A stretch of DNA of 64,000 nucleotides, from contig OY760937.1 of NCBI GenBank assembly GCA_963664225.1, positions 4,544,001 to 4,608,000 on the forward strand. Reading direction: 5' to 3'. Position 1 is the stretch's first letter; each line of letters opens with the position of its first letter. A program made the translations under genes and the position numbers. Below the pieces are notes generated by a model. It was not told where the DNA came from. It saw nothing but the letters and a program-made list of their open reading frames with translations, and did not search any database. Positions 38,125 through 47,384 of the stretch are shown here, piece after piece. Origin of the DNA: Verrucomicrobiia bacterium. Its GTDB lineage: Bacteria > Verrucomicrobiota > Verrucomicrobiia > Limisphaerales > UBA1319.

Positions 38125-40068
38125 ATGAGTGCGGACAATGCCTCGTTTTATGTCATCGGCGGCACCCTTCGTGCCGATGCTGCCTGTTACGTCGAACGCA
38201 AGGCGGATCGCGATCTGCTCGAAAGCCTGCAAGCGGGTGACTGCTGTTATGTGCTGACCTCCCGTCAAATGGGCAAGTCCTCGCTCATGGTGCGGACCGC
38301 CCAGAAACTGCGTGCCCAGGGCAGCGAGGTCGTGGTGCTGGATTTGACCGCCATCGGGCAAAATCTCACTCCCGAACAATGGTATGACGGCCTTAACGTC
38401 CGCATGGGCCGACAACTCCGCCGGGAAGAAGAGTTGGAGGATTATTGGATCAAGAACGAGCGATTGAGTCCCGTGCAACGCTTCTTCAGCGCCATCCGAG
38501 ATCTGGTTCTGCCGAAATTGACCGGCTCCCTGGTCGTGTTTGTGGATGAAATCGATATTGTTCGCTCACTTCCGTTTTCCATCGACGAATTTTTCGCGGC
38601 GATCCGCGAGTGCTACACCCGGAGGACCGTGGATCCGGAGTTCAACCGGCTTGCCTTCTGTCTGATGGGCGTGGCCACCCCTGGAGATCTTATCAAAGAC
38701 GTTCGTATGACGCCGTTCAACATTGCCCGGCGCATCGAATTACGGGATTTCACAGAGGCCGAAGCCCAGCCACTGGCCAACGCCCTGGGGCGGTCCTCCT
38801 ACCTTGCCAAACGCATGTTGCGGCGCATCCTATACTGGACCGGCGGCCATCCCTACCTGACCCAGCGGCTTTGCCAGGCTGTGGCTTCGGATACCGGATT
38901 GTGGCGCCTCAAGCATGTGGATCAGGTATGCCAGGAGATTTTCCTGTCGCATCGGGCACGGGAACGCGACGACAACCTGCTGTTTGTGCGCGAGCGCTTA
39001 TTGCGCAGCGAGGCCGATCGCATCAAACTCCTCCGTCTCTACCGCAAAGTCCATCTGACCACTCATATCACCGGCATCTTCCGTCTCGGCCTGGGTCTCG
39101 AAAAAATTGCGCCCGTGGCGGACGAGGAGACCAATCCCCTGGTAAGCGTCCTGCGACTCTCAGGCATCACCCGCGAGGAAAAGGGTTTTCTCAAAGTGCG
39201 CAACCGAATTTACTATCAAGCCTTTGATCGTAATTGGATTCTGGCGAACATGCCCGAGGTGGAAATCTGGCGGTGGGTGGTTTATTTCCTGACTGGATTA
39301 AAGCGGCTGGCCAGCTTCCTTATTTGGGTGGCGGTTATCCTCACTGTGTTCGGTTATTCCATCTCCATATTCACCAGGACCTTTCGGGACAAGTATTTTA
39401 CAGCCCTGGTCAATCAGCCCATGGCCGTCCACCGTCCGCATCCTATCGTATCTTCGCGCCCTGGGGATGCGTCGGCCCGCCTTCTGGATCTGACCCGGTT
39501 TTACAACGCCTCTCTGCGGGACAACTGGCACGATGGTTTTGCGGGATCTCTTGCCTCCCTGCCCGTCGGGCTTTCGGAGTTTAAAGGCATTCGGTTTGAC
39601 GTACGAGCCATCGTGCAACTCTCAGGTACAGAGTTAATCAGCCGTGGTTATCCGCCCAAAATCGAGGGCCTCCCAGTCCGCCAAAAATGCGCGCGCCTGC
39701 ATTTCCTGGGCGCCACTGGCTGGGATGAAGCCATGGGCCGCCAAGTCGCTAACGTGGTCGTCCATTATGCAAATGGCCAAAAACGATTCATTCCACTTCT
39801 CTACGGACAGGACCTTCTAGACTGGGCTCACGATGCCACCGATGAGCCTCAAAAAGCGGGTGCGCAGGTGGCCTGGGTCGGAGACAGCAGGGATAGTAAT
39901 ATGGATAACCCATTGCGACGCCTGTTCCTGATCACTAAAGACAATCCGCTGCCCGACGAGGAAATCGCCACACTCGATTTGGAATCCACGATGAGTCGCG
40001 CCGCCCCGTTCTTTGTCGCAATCACGGTTGATCCATCCAACAGCCCGGCAGAAGCCGAGGCGCAATAG
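38125..40068 (+). CDS. AAA_35/STAND-like NTPase + transmembrane helix + C-terminal putative extracytoplasmic beta-rich domain
   Basis: FYVIGGTL, YVERKAD, TSRQMGKSS, LVVFVDEID, TPFNIA, WTGGHPYLTQ, LKVRNRIY; TM FLIWVAVILTVFGYSISIF; about 200-aa C-terminal domain. Confidence 0.85.
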   Translation: MSADNASFYVIGGTLRADAACYVERKADRDLLESLQAGDCCYVLTSRQMGKSSLMVRTAQKLRAQGSEVVVLDLTAIGQNLTPEQWYDGLNVRMGRQLRREEELEDYWIKNERLSPVQRFFSAIRDLVLPKLTGSLVVFVDEIDIVRSLPFSIDEFFAAIRECYTRRTVDPEFNRLAFCLMGVATPGDLIKDVRMTPFNIARRIELRDFTEAEAQPLANALGRSSYLAKRMLRRILYWTGGHPYLTQRLCQAVASDTGLWRLKHVDQVCQEIFLSHRARERDDNLLFVRERLLRSEADRIKLLRLYRKVHLTTHITGIFRLGLGLEKIAPVADEETNPLVSVLRLSGITREEKGFLKVRNRIYYQAFDRNWILANMPEVEIWRWVVYFLTGLKRLASFLIWVAVILTVFGYSISIFTRTFRDKYFTALVNQPMAVHRPHPIVSSRPGDASARLLDLTRFYNASLRDNWHDGFAGSLASLPVGLSEFKGIRFDVRAIVQLSGTELISRGYPPKIEGLPVRQKCARLHFLGATGWDEAMGRQVANVVVHYANGQKRFIPLLYGQDLLDWAHDATDEPQKAGAQVAWVGDSRDSNMDNPLRRLFLITKDNPLPDEEIATLDLESTMSRAAPFFVAITVDPSNSPAEAEAQ

Positions 40069-40122
40069 AAAAATCCGAGAGACTAAGCGCTGGCGAGTCT
40101 TCGCTCTATTCTCCATTCTATA

Positions 40123-40150
40123 TTGACGCGGACGGCGCGGCCTTTAGCAT
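40123..40150 (+). promoter_or_regulatory. Candidate sigma70 promoter for the fucosidase gene
   Basis: ttgacg - 16 nt - tagcat. Confidence 0.45.
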
Positions 40151-40235
40151 ATTCAAAATGACTCCCGTAAAAGCTTGTTTGGCGCCACTCGGGCCGCTCA
40201 ATAAAAGCGATTATTCATCGCATTTGCTCGTTGGC

Positions 40236-41882
40236 ATGAAATTCATTCTTTTGACTGTCCTCCTATTGGGGTGCTTGCCGTTGAACGCTGCGGAACCCAA
40301 GGACGGAACTGATTCACAGCGAATTGAATGGTGGCGGGATGCGCGGTTTGGCCTGTTCATTCATTGGGGGCCGGTCAGCCTTCAAGGGACGGAAATTGGC
40401 TGGTCAAGGGGAGGGGAACGTAGGGGCTATGGGAGCACTGGGACCGAGGTGCCGGTGGCGGTTTACGACAATCTCTACAAGAAGTTCAATCCCACGAATT
40501 ATAACGCCGAACAATGGGTGGCGTTGGCGAAAGCGGCGGGGATGAAATATGTGGTCTTTACCAGCCGGCATCATGATGGATTTAGCATGTTCGACACGAA
40601 GGCCAACGATTACAAGATTACTTCGGCAGAAAGTCCGTTCCGGCGCGATGTGGTTCGGGAATTGGCCGACGCCTGCCATAAGGCTGGCATGCCTTTCGGG
40701 CTGTATTATTCGCAGCCCAACTGGCAGCACCCGGATGCCTTCACGAGTGATCGCCATGCCCGGTACCTGGCCTATCTCAAGATCCAGTTGCGGGAGCTTC
40801 TGACGAATTATGGAAAAGTGGATATCCTCTGGTTCGATGGCCTTGGAAAAACCGCCGCTGATTATGATGCTGTGGCTTTGAATAAGATGATTCGCGAACT
40901 CCAACCCGGCATTCTCATCAATAACCGCAATGGCCTGCCGGAGGATTTCGATACTCCGGAGCAGGTGATTGGCAAGTTCCAGAATGATCGTCCGTGGGAG
41001 AGTTGCATCACGATCTGCGAGCAATGGGCGTGGAAGCCCGGCGACAACATGAAATCGCTGCAAAAGTGCCTGGAAACGTTGATTCGGTGCGCGGGCGGCG
41101 ATGGTAATCTGCTGTTCAACGTGGGGCCGATGCCCGATGGGCGCATCGAACCTCGCCAGGAGGCGCGATTGTGTGAAATGGGCGCATGGCTGGCCAAAAA
41201 TGGGCAAACCATTTACGGAACGCGCGGAGGGCCTTGGAAACCCAATGCCTCCGTAGCCAGCACGCGTCGAGGAAATACGATTTTTGTTCATATTCTCAAA
41301 TGGAACGGGGCGACGGTTACGCTGCCAAACATCCCTCGCAAAATCATGGTTGCATCCCTTATAACCGGCGGGAAAGTTGATCTGAAACAAACGGATGAGG
41401 GGATTGTTCTCTCGGTGCCAGTCGGCGATCGGCAGCCAATCGACACCCTTGTGAAACTCGAGTTGGACGGTTCGGCCATGGATCTGGCACCGGTCGGCGT
41501 GGCGTCCGGGATCAAGGCAGCCGCCTCGAATGTCTATCACCACATGGAGGATTATGATGCTGCGAAGGCGTTCGATGGAGATCCTTCCACGCGTTGGGCC
41601 ACAGATGATGGAACCCATCAGGCCTGGATATCCACGGATTTTGGAAAATTGAGAACCTTTCATCATGTGGTGATCCATGAGGATTACGAGGGGCGCGTTC
41701 GGAAATTTGACCTGCAATACAAGGATCCCAATGGAGCGAACGCGTGGCGGACCATCCTGTCGGGCACCACGCTGGGGAAAGATTACTCGAAGGAGTTTCC
41801 TCCAGTTGCAGCGCGTGAGGTGCGGCTCAACATCCTTGAGGCCACCGAGGGTCCCACCATTTCTGAGATTCGCTTCGAATAG
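40236..41882 (+). CDS. GH29 alpha-L-fucosidase with C-terminal F5/8-type (CBM32-like) domain
   Basis: WWRDARFGLFIHWG, RHHDGFSMF, LWFDG, INNR, TPEQ, WESC, NLLFNVGP; AFDGDPSTRW. Start placed at signal peptide MKFILL (ORF opens at 40158). Confidence 0.93.
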   Translation: MKFILLTVLLLGCLPLNAAEPKDGTDSQRIEWWRDARFGLFIHWGPVSLQGTEIGWSRGGERRGYGSTGTEVPVAVYDNLYKKFNPTNYNAEQWVALAKAAGMKYVVFTSRHHDGFSMFDTKANDYKITSAESPFRRDVVRELADACHKAGMPFGLYYSQPNWQHPDAFTSDRHARYLAYLKIQLRELLTNYGKVDILWFDGLGKTAADYDAVALNKMIRELQPGILINNRNGLPEDFDTPEQVIGKFQNDRPWESCITICEQWAWKPGDNMKSLQKCLETLIRCAGGDGNLLFNVGPMPDGRIEPRQEARLCEMGAWLAKNGQTIYGTRGGPWKPNASVASTRRGNTIFVHILKWNGATVTLPNIPRKIMVASLITGGKVDLKQTDEGIVLSVPVGDRQPIDTLVKLELDGSAMDLAPVGVASGIKAAASNVYHHMEDYDAAKAFDGDPSTRWATDDGTHQAWISTDFGKLRTFHHVVIHEDYEGRVRKFDLQYKDPNGANAWRTILSGTTLGKDYSKEFPPVAAREVRLNILEATEGPTISEIRFE

Positions 41883-41971
41883 TGGAACCGAATAAGAGAC
41901 CGTTCGAATGCGTCAGAACTGGACAGCGCAACCCTGAAACCATAAGAATTACCGCGTAAACCTGATTTAAT

Positions 41972-43165
41972 ATGAAAATGACACCAAGCCTCACGACTAT
42001 TGTCACGATGCTGTCGCTCGCCTCGGCGAGTCAGGCGGCCAATGTCGGACCATCATTCTACGGCGATGCTCCCGACGAACATCATCCCTGGGCGATTCAT
42101 GACGGGAATCGGCCGCAGCCTCCTATAATCACCCCCGGCACGCCCAGCACGCAAGAACAGCCGGGCAAACCCCCGTCCGACGCGGTGGTCCTTTTCGATG
42201 GCAGCGATTTGTCCAAGTGGGAAGCCGATAACGACAAGAACGAAGCGACCAAGTGGGTGGTGAAGAACGGGGCCATGGAATGCGTTCCCGGCTCCGGCTA
42301 CATCCGGACAAAGGACAAGTTTGGCGATATCCAATTGCATGTGGAATGGGCGGCGCCGACCAAAGTCGAGGGCGACAGTCAGGGCCGCGGCAACAGCGGT
42401 GTGTTCCTGATGGGCATGCTGGAAATCCAGGTGCTGGATAATTACAACAATCCGACGTATTCCGATGGCACAGCGGGCGCCGCTTACGGCATCATGCCTC
42501 CGTTGGTCAATGCCTTGCGTCCCCCGGGTCAATTCCAGAACTATGACATCATTTTCCGCCGTCCCATATACAAGGATGGTGTGGCGCTGGATCCGGGATA
42601 TGTCACTGTGATCGAAAACGGCGTCGTGGTGCAGGATCACACGATGTTGGAAGGCCCCGGTGGTCACATGGCTCGCAGCAAGATCGGGCCGTTCCCTGAA
42701 GTTGGCCCACTGAAATTCCAGGATCATGGCAATCCGGTTCGCTTCCGCAATGTTTGGATTCGTCCGCTGCCCAAGCGCGCGGTCGAAGGTAATACCGACG
42801 GTTATCTCACCACCCAGGCCACAGACGCCAAGCGCAAGGAAATCGCCGCCATGATTCGTCAGGACGCGGAGAAGCTCAAGAACGACGCCAATACCGTTCC
42901 CTACATGCTGCGTCTGACAGAGTCCTGCGTTTATGAAATGGACGAAGCGACGACGGGTAAAATCAAGGACTTGGCCACCGATTATATTAATAACCTCAAG
43001 CAGTTGCCCGCTGACAAGTTGGCGACCCACAAGGACGAGGTGAGACATCTGCGTGATGTCTGCAACTACATGGTCCGGTTTAAATATGTCGAGCCTGACT
43101 CCCAGATCGAGAAGGACCTCAAACAGATCATTGCCGACAATAATTGGGACAAGAAAAACAGGTAG
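41972..43165 (+). CDS. Secreted DUF1080 (3-keto-disaccharide hydrolase-like) protein with helical C-terminal extension
   Basis: PPSDAVVLFDG, FGDIQLHVEW, RGNSGVF, EIQVLD, FQDHGNPVRFRNVWIR. Confidence 0.88.
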   Translation: MKMTPSLTTIVTMLSLASASQAANVGPSFYGDAPDEHHPWAIHDGNRPQPPIITPGTPSTQEQPGKPPSDAVVLFDGSDLSKWEADNDKNEATKWVVKNGAMECVPGSGYIRTKDKFGDIQLHVEWAAPTKVEGDSQGRGNSGVFLMGMLEIQVLDNYNNPTYSDGTAGAAYGIMPPLVNALRPPGQFQNYDIIFRRPIYKDGVALDPGYVTVIENGVVVQDHTMLEGPGGHMARSKIGPFPEVGPLKFQDHGNPVRFRNVWIRPLPKRAVEGNTDGYLTTQATDAKRKEIAAMIRQDAEKLKNDANTVPYMLRLTESCVYEMDEATTGKIKDLATDYINNLKQLPADKLATHKDEVRHLRDVCNYMVRFKYVEPDSQIEKDLKQIIADNNWDKKNR

Positions 43166-43201
43166 GCAACGGGCCTTTCGGTTTTGATTTAACGATCATT
43201 T

Positions 43202-43230
43202 AAACGCGCGGCGGAAACGTCGCGCGTTTT
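43202..43230 (+). terminator. Rho-independent terminator
   Basis: aaacgcgcggcg-gaaa-cgtcgcgcgttt followed by tctct. Confidence 0.7.
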
Positions 43231-43305
43231 CTCTGTACGGGATAAGCGTTGCGGCCTTAGATGTTTTCCTGGGGAGCACGCCGATTTTGATTTCTGCAGC
43301 GCCAT

Positions 43306-43342
43306 AAAAAAACGGGTTGGAAAGCATGCTCTCCAACCCGTT
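43306..43342 (-). terminator. Rho-independent terminator for ndk
   Basis: aacgggttgga...tccaacccgtt stem with an A7 run on the left (U tract on the minus strand). Confidence 0.85.
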
Positions 43343-43358
43343 ATACAGCCGGGTTAAT

Positions 43359-44534
43359 TTACGCTTTGCCGTAGAAACTCTCAACGACTTCGCGGAAATT
43401 ATTACGTTTGATGCCGATGATGCCCATCTCGCGTCTGGCATTATCCTCGGAATCGCTGGCATGGGCCGCGTTGACCATGATGGTCTGGCCGAATTCGCGG
43501 CGGATCGAGCCGGGAGGCGCCTTCGAAGGATCTGTCGGCCCGAGGACTTCGCGAATCTTCTGCACCGCGTTTTCGCCTTCATAGACGAGGGCGATGCATT
43601 TTTCAGTGCCCGGCACATCGCGCAACTTCGGATCGCAGGTGGTGGGTGTGCAGCCAGCCATGAATTTGATGATGTTTTCGAATTGGTTGTCGCCCATGAG
43701 CGGCCCCAGGAGTCCGCCCAACTTGTCCACAACGGGTTGCGGTAAATCGAATTTGAATTCGTTTTCCAAGGCGGTCTTGGCCTTGATGGCGGCGACACCC
43801 ATTAATTTCTCCCGCAGCACTTCGCGAACAGGCCCGTAGAATTCCATGGCCTCTGTGACGCTCATGCAATGGAGCTTGATGCCCACGATGAACAGGCCGG
43901 TACGCGAAAAGAAATCGATCACGTTGCCGGGGCGGCCGGTGGAGAAACGGAAATTATCCGGCTTGATGAGAACCAGGGTGCGTTGAGGAGTGACATCGGG
44001 AGGATAAGCGATGATGTTGGTCAGTATGCCGCCGTCGGAATCCGAATAGCTGGCCCAGAGCTTGAGCTTGACGCTGGCTTCCTCCACATTCGGCGCCGCC
44101 AGAACGGCCGGCTCGAAATAGCGCACGTTATCGTGTTCGTCGAAGACCAGATCGCCGTAAGTGTCGCGAATTGTTTCGCCACCCACGCGGTTCAAGCTGA
44201 AGTTTCCGACGGCATTCCGTATTTTTTCAACGGCATCTTCCCCGCGAAACAACAGCACCATCACGCGGCGCGGCCGCTGGGTTTTGGGGTCGGGAACGAA
44301 GTATTTCGATACGTAATCCCGGATCAAGGTCTGAACCCTGCGGTCCTGGACATTGTCGGAGGAGACCAGAATGGAGCTGTATTTCTGAATCAGCTCGTTG
44401 CTGGGTGCGAACATGCGCGCGCCAGCCAGTTCCAGGCCGGTGCGGCTGATCAGCCGGGCCAGAATTCCTCCCGTGCGTGATTTGTTCAATGAATACGGAG
44501 TAATAATCGCGTATGCTAACTGTTCAGCGGACAT
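43359..44534 (-). CDS. ndk: Tandem two-domain nucleoside-diphosphate kinase
   Basis: C-domain RTLVLIKPD, LGPTDP.KAPPGSIRREFG, NAAHASDS; N-domain homologous (AIITPY, ETIRDTYG) but lacks the catalytic His. Confidence 0.8.
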   Translation of the reverse strand: MSAEQLAYAIITPYSLNKSRTGGILARLISRTGLELAGARMFAPSNELIQKYSSILVSSDNVQDRRVQTLIRDYVSKYFVPDPKTQRPRRVMVLLFRGEDAVEKIRNAVGNFSLNRVGGETIRDTYGDLVFDEHDNVRYFEPAVLAAPNVEEASVKLKLWASYSDSDGGILTNIIAYPPDVTPQRTLVLIKPDNFRFSTGRPGNVIDFFSRTGLFIVGIKLHCMSVTEAMEFYGPVREVLREKLMGVAAIKAKTALENEFKFDLPQPVVDKLGGLLGPLMGDNQFENIIKFMAGCTPTTCDPKLRDVPGTEKCIALVYEGENAVQKIREVLGPTDPSKAPPGSIRREFGQTIMVNAAHASDSEDNARREMGIIGIKRNNFREVVESFYGKA

Positions 44535-44542
44535 AATAATTT

Positions 44543-44737
44543 TTATTGAACTGCGGGAGTGGCGGCCGGGTTATCGCCTGTTGGCGGAACAGCTTTACCC
44601 CCGATAATTTTAAACATGACGGCACCGCAGGTTGGACACTTGCCCTTAATCGCCTTGCGTCCGTTCTTCATCACTTCTTCAAACGCGTTGGCGATTTCCT
44701 TTTTGGCTTTGCACTTTACACAGTAACCTTCTGCCAT
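44543..44737 (-). CDS. Small Zn-ribbon protein (DUF5679-like)
   Basis: YCVKCK..KEI......MKNGR.AIKGKCPTCG..MFKI. Confidence 0.8.
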   Translation of the reverse strand: MAEGYCVKCKAKKEIANAFEEVMKNGRKAIKGKCPTCGAVMFKIIGGKAVPPTGDNPAATPAVQ

Positions 44738-44839
44738 AAATAATTCCTGGCGAATCCGCCCCATGCTTATTCGCAATGATATTTTTAGTGTACGAGGCGC
44801 AGGATTGCAAGGTCAACAGGGAAATAGCTGAATGAAGCA

Positions 44840-46324
44840 TTATTCATGCCAATGTCTGCGCAGATCGGTTTTCAGCACTTTCCCCGTCGCATTACGGGGC
44901 AATGCCGGTAAAAAATAGAACCGGCGCGGGACTTTGTAGTCCGCCAGATTCTTACGCGCAAAGTGTGCTAAAGCCTTCTCAGTCAATGCCGCTCCGTCGC
45001 GCGCCACCACAAACGCCACCGGTTTTTCCCCCTTTCGTGGATCGGGCTGGCCAACCACGGCAACCTCGGCAACTCCCGGGAAGTTGAGAAGCGCTTCCTC
45101 TATTTCGCGGGGATAAACATTGTTGCCGTTGACCAGAAGCATGTCTTTTTTTCGGTCCGTGATATAAATATGGCCATCGGCATCCATGCGTCCGACATCG
45201 CCCGTCAGCAGCCATCCGTTGCGAAAGGCTTCGGCGGTGGCTTGCGGTTGGTTCCAATAGCCGCGCATGACGTTTCCGCCGCGAACACACAGTTCCCCGG
45301 TTTCGCCATCGGGCAGAATCCGGCCGGTTTCGTCCTGAATGGACACTTGGACATCCGGGATGGCCGGGCCGATCGAACCTTCCTTCCATGGACCTTCGAT
45401 GGGATTAAGAGCGACCACGGGACTGGCCTCACTCAAGCCATAGCCTTCGAGAATGGGCAATTGGTGGTGATGAAGGAAGTCGCGCAAAACCTTGATCGGA
45501 AGAGGTGCTGCGCCACTGACGCAAAGACGCAGCCGCGATCCTTCCGGGAAGGGTGTGTCGGCCAAAGCCCTGAAGAATTGAGGGATCGCCGGGAGGATGG
45601 TGGCCTGGCGAGCGATGATTTCCTGAAGGGCGGCGCGGGCCGGATGCAAGGATTTGACCAGTATGATGGCCGCGCCAACCAGCAGTGGCAGGAACACGCA
45701 AACGCACAACATGAAGCTATGGAACATGGGCAGCATCAATGCAAAACGATCCTGATCGAGGGCGCCGAGCACTTGTTTGCAGCTATTCACATTGTGCAGC
45801 AGGTTTCCATGGGTGAGCATGGCTCCTTTGGCTTTGCCCGTGGTGCCGGACGTGTAAATGATAAGGGCCAGATCGGTTTCCGAAACATAAGGAACCTCCA
45901 TCTTCAATTTTGGGCTGGCCGCTGCCGCCCATTCTTCGATGCGGAAAAACTGTCGATTCACCAGCTCTGGCTCTTGGGAGGAATGGGCTGCAGCCACGAA
46001 ATCCGATTCAGTGATCAAGATATCGATCCCGGCATCGGCAACGATGAATCCCACCTCCACCGGCTTGAGAAAGTTATTGATCGGCACCGCCACGGCGCCC
46101 GCATGCAGAATGCCAAAGAGTGCTGGAATGAATTCGGGACAGTTGCGCAGCCAAATTCCTACGCGGTCGCCGGGTTTTATCGAATAATCGTGGATCAAAC
46201 GCTCCGCTACGCTCAGCGATTGGTCATATAAGGCCTTAATAGAGTATTCCGCGTCACCCCAATAAACGGCGGTTTTCGCGGGGTGTGCATCGACCGCCAA
46301 TTCAAATGCGCGCGTAAGGTTCAT
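44840..46324 (-). CDS. Long-chain fatty acid-CoA ligase (AMP-binding family)
   Basis: YTSGTTGKAKG, EGYGLSEASP, TGD, DRKKDM, YPREIE, LPRNATGKVLK. Confidence 0.9.
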   Translation of the reverse strand: MNLTRAFELAVDAHPAKTAVYWGDAEYSIKALYDQSLSVAERLIHDYSIKPGDRVGIWLRNCPEFIPALFGILHAGAVAVPINNFLKPVEVGFIVADAGIDILITESDFVAAAHSSQEPELVNRQFFRIEEWAAAASPKLKMEVPYVSETDLALIIYTSGTTGKAKGAMLTHGNLLHNVNSCKQVLGALDQDRFALMLPMFHSFMLCVCVFLPLLVGAAIILVKSLHPARAALQEIIARQATILPAIPQFFRALADTPFPEGSRLRLCVSGAAPLPIKVLRDFLHHHQLPILEGYGLSEASPVVALNPIEGPWKEGSIGPAIPDVQVSIQDETGRILPDGETGELCVRGGNVMRGYWNQPQATAEAFRNGWLLTGDVGRMDADGHIYITDRKKDMLLVNGNNVYPREIEEALLNFPGVAEVAVVGQPDPRKGEKPVAFVVARDGAALTEKALAHFARKNLADYKVPRRFYFLPALPRNATGKVLKTDLRRHWHE

Positions 46325-46430
46325 TCAGTTGTCTGTGATTGAACCACATTCATAGCGCGAACGATTAAATCGTCAACCTTTTTAGGGTGCGGTTTCGTCC
46401 CTGCGAGCGTTCGTCGGCAAATCCAGGCGC

Positions 46431-47189
46431 TCAATGCGCCCAAGGCAGGGGTGCGGGTTCGAATCCGAAATTCTGCACAAATGCAGCGTGAGGAGCAGTG
46501 ATGACGATCGCCCGCCGACGAAAGGGATCCTGAAAGGCCATGCGGATGGCCCGCAAACCCATGATTGGGGTTTTGTCCGAACTTTTATAGGGAACGCCGT
46601 AGAGGGGATCGCACAGAATGGGCAGTTTGGAGGCGGTCAGGTGCAGTCGTATCTGGTGGGTTCGGCCGGTAACAGGCTGGGCCAGGATCAGGGAATTGCC
46701 ATTCGCGGTGGCCACGAGCCGAAAGTGCGTCACGGACTCTTTGCCTGTTTCCGCATCGATGCGCATGATGCCTGGCTTGCGAGGTTCCTGACCAAGCGGA
46801 TCTTCGCGGGTCCATTCCTCTTCCTTTGGAATCCCCTTAACGGCTGCGAGATAAAATTTGGCAACCTCATGGGTTGCGAATAATTCGCTGTAAACGCGCA
46901 AGGCGCCGGGGCTCTTTGCCAATAGCAGCAGTCCGCTGGTGTCGGCGTCCAGTCGGTGGATGAATCGGATGTATTTGATGTTACGGGATGTGGCCCAGTA
47001 ATCACCGGCCTCGATGGAGGAACGCAAGGCGGGCAGCAAATTGCGTCCGGTTTCCTTCCAATCGTCAGGGGCCAGCATCCAGCCGGGGGGCTTGTCAATG
47101 GCCATAACCGCCGGATCCTCGAAAAGAATCGTGGCGAACTGGTTGCGACCCAGATCGATCTGGTCGCGGTTTTGTTTCAAGATGCGCAT
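46431..47189 (-). CDS. RluA family pseudouridine synthase
   Basis: IDKPPG, HRLDADTSG, TGRTHQIRLH, PILCDPLY. Confidence 0.92.
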   Translation of the reverse strand: MRILKQNRDQIDLGRNQFATILFEDPAVMAIDKPPGWMLAPDDWKETGRNLLPALRSSIEAGDYWATSRNIKYIRFIHRLDADTSGLLLLAKSPGALRVYSELFATHEVAKFYLAAVKGIPKEEEWTREDPLGQEPRKPGIMRIDAETGKESVTHFRLVATANGNSLILAQPVTGRTHQIRLHLTASKLPILCDPLYGVPYKSSDKTPIMGLRAIRMAFQDPFRRRAIVITAPHAAFVQNFGFEPAPLPWAH

Positions 47190-47361
47190 GACGGGAGCGA
47201 TCCTGACACAAATTTACGAATTCAGAAATAAATTTCGGTTGGAACGGCGTCGAAACCGAAGCGTTAGAACTGTATAGTGTTCTATAAGACTAAATTAATA
47301 AAATCAGATAATTTGAAAATAATTGCCGTATTATGTTGCATTCTGGAATAAAATGCACGAA

Positions 47362-47383
47362 AGTGTATTACAACACTATAACA
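47362..47383 (+). promoter_or_regulatory. Candidate YtrA-type operator directly upstream of the GntR start
   Basis: Imperfect palindrome tgtatta-caacac-tataaca ending 1 nt before the ATG. Confidence 0.45.
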
Positions 47384-47384
47384 G

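Noticed and set aside
36357..40157. TIR-STAND pair as part of a mobile defence island
   Set aside because: No integrase, IS, tRNA, flanking direct repeats, other defence genes or obvious compositional shift.
46454..46467. tRNA T-arm-like cgggttcgaatccg
   Set aside because: Lies inside the RluA coding sequence; no acceptor stem, anticodon arm or CCA found.
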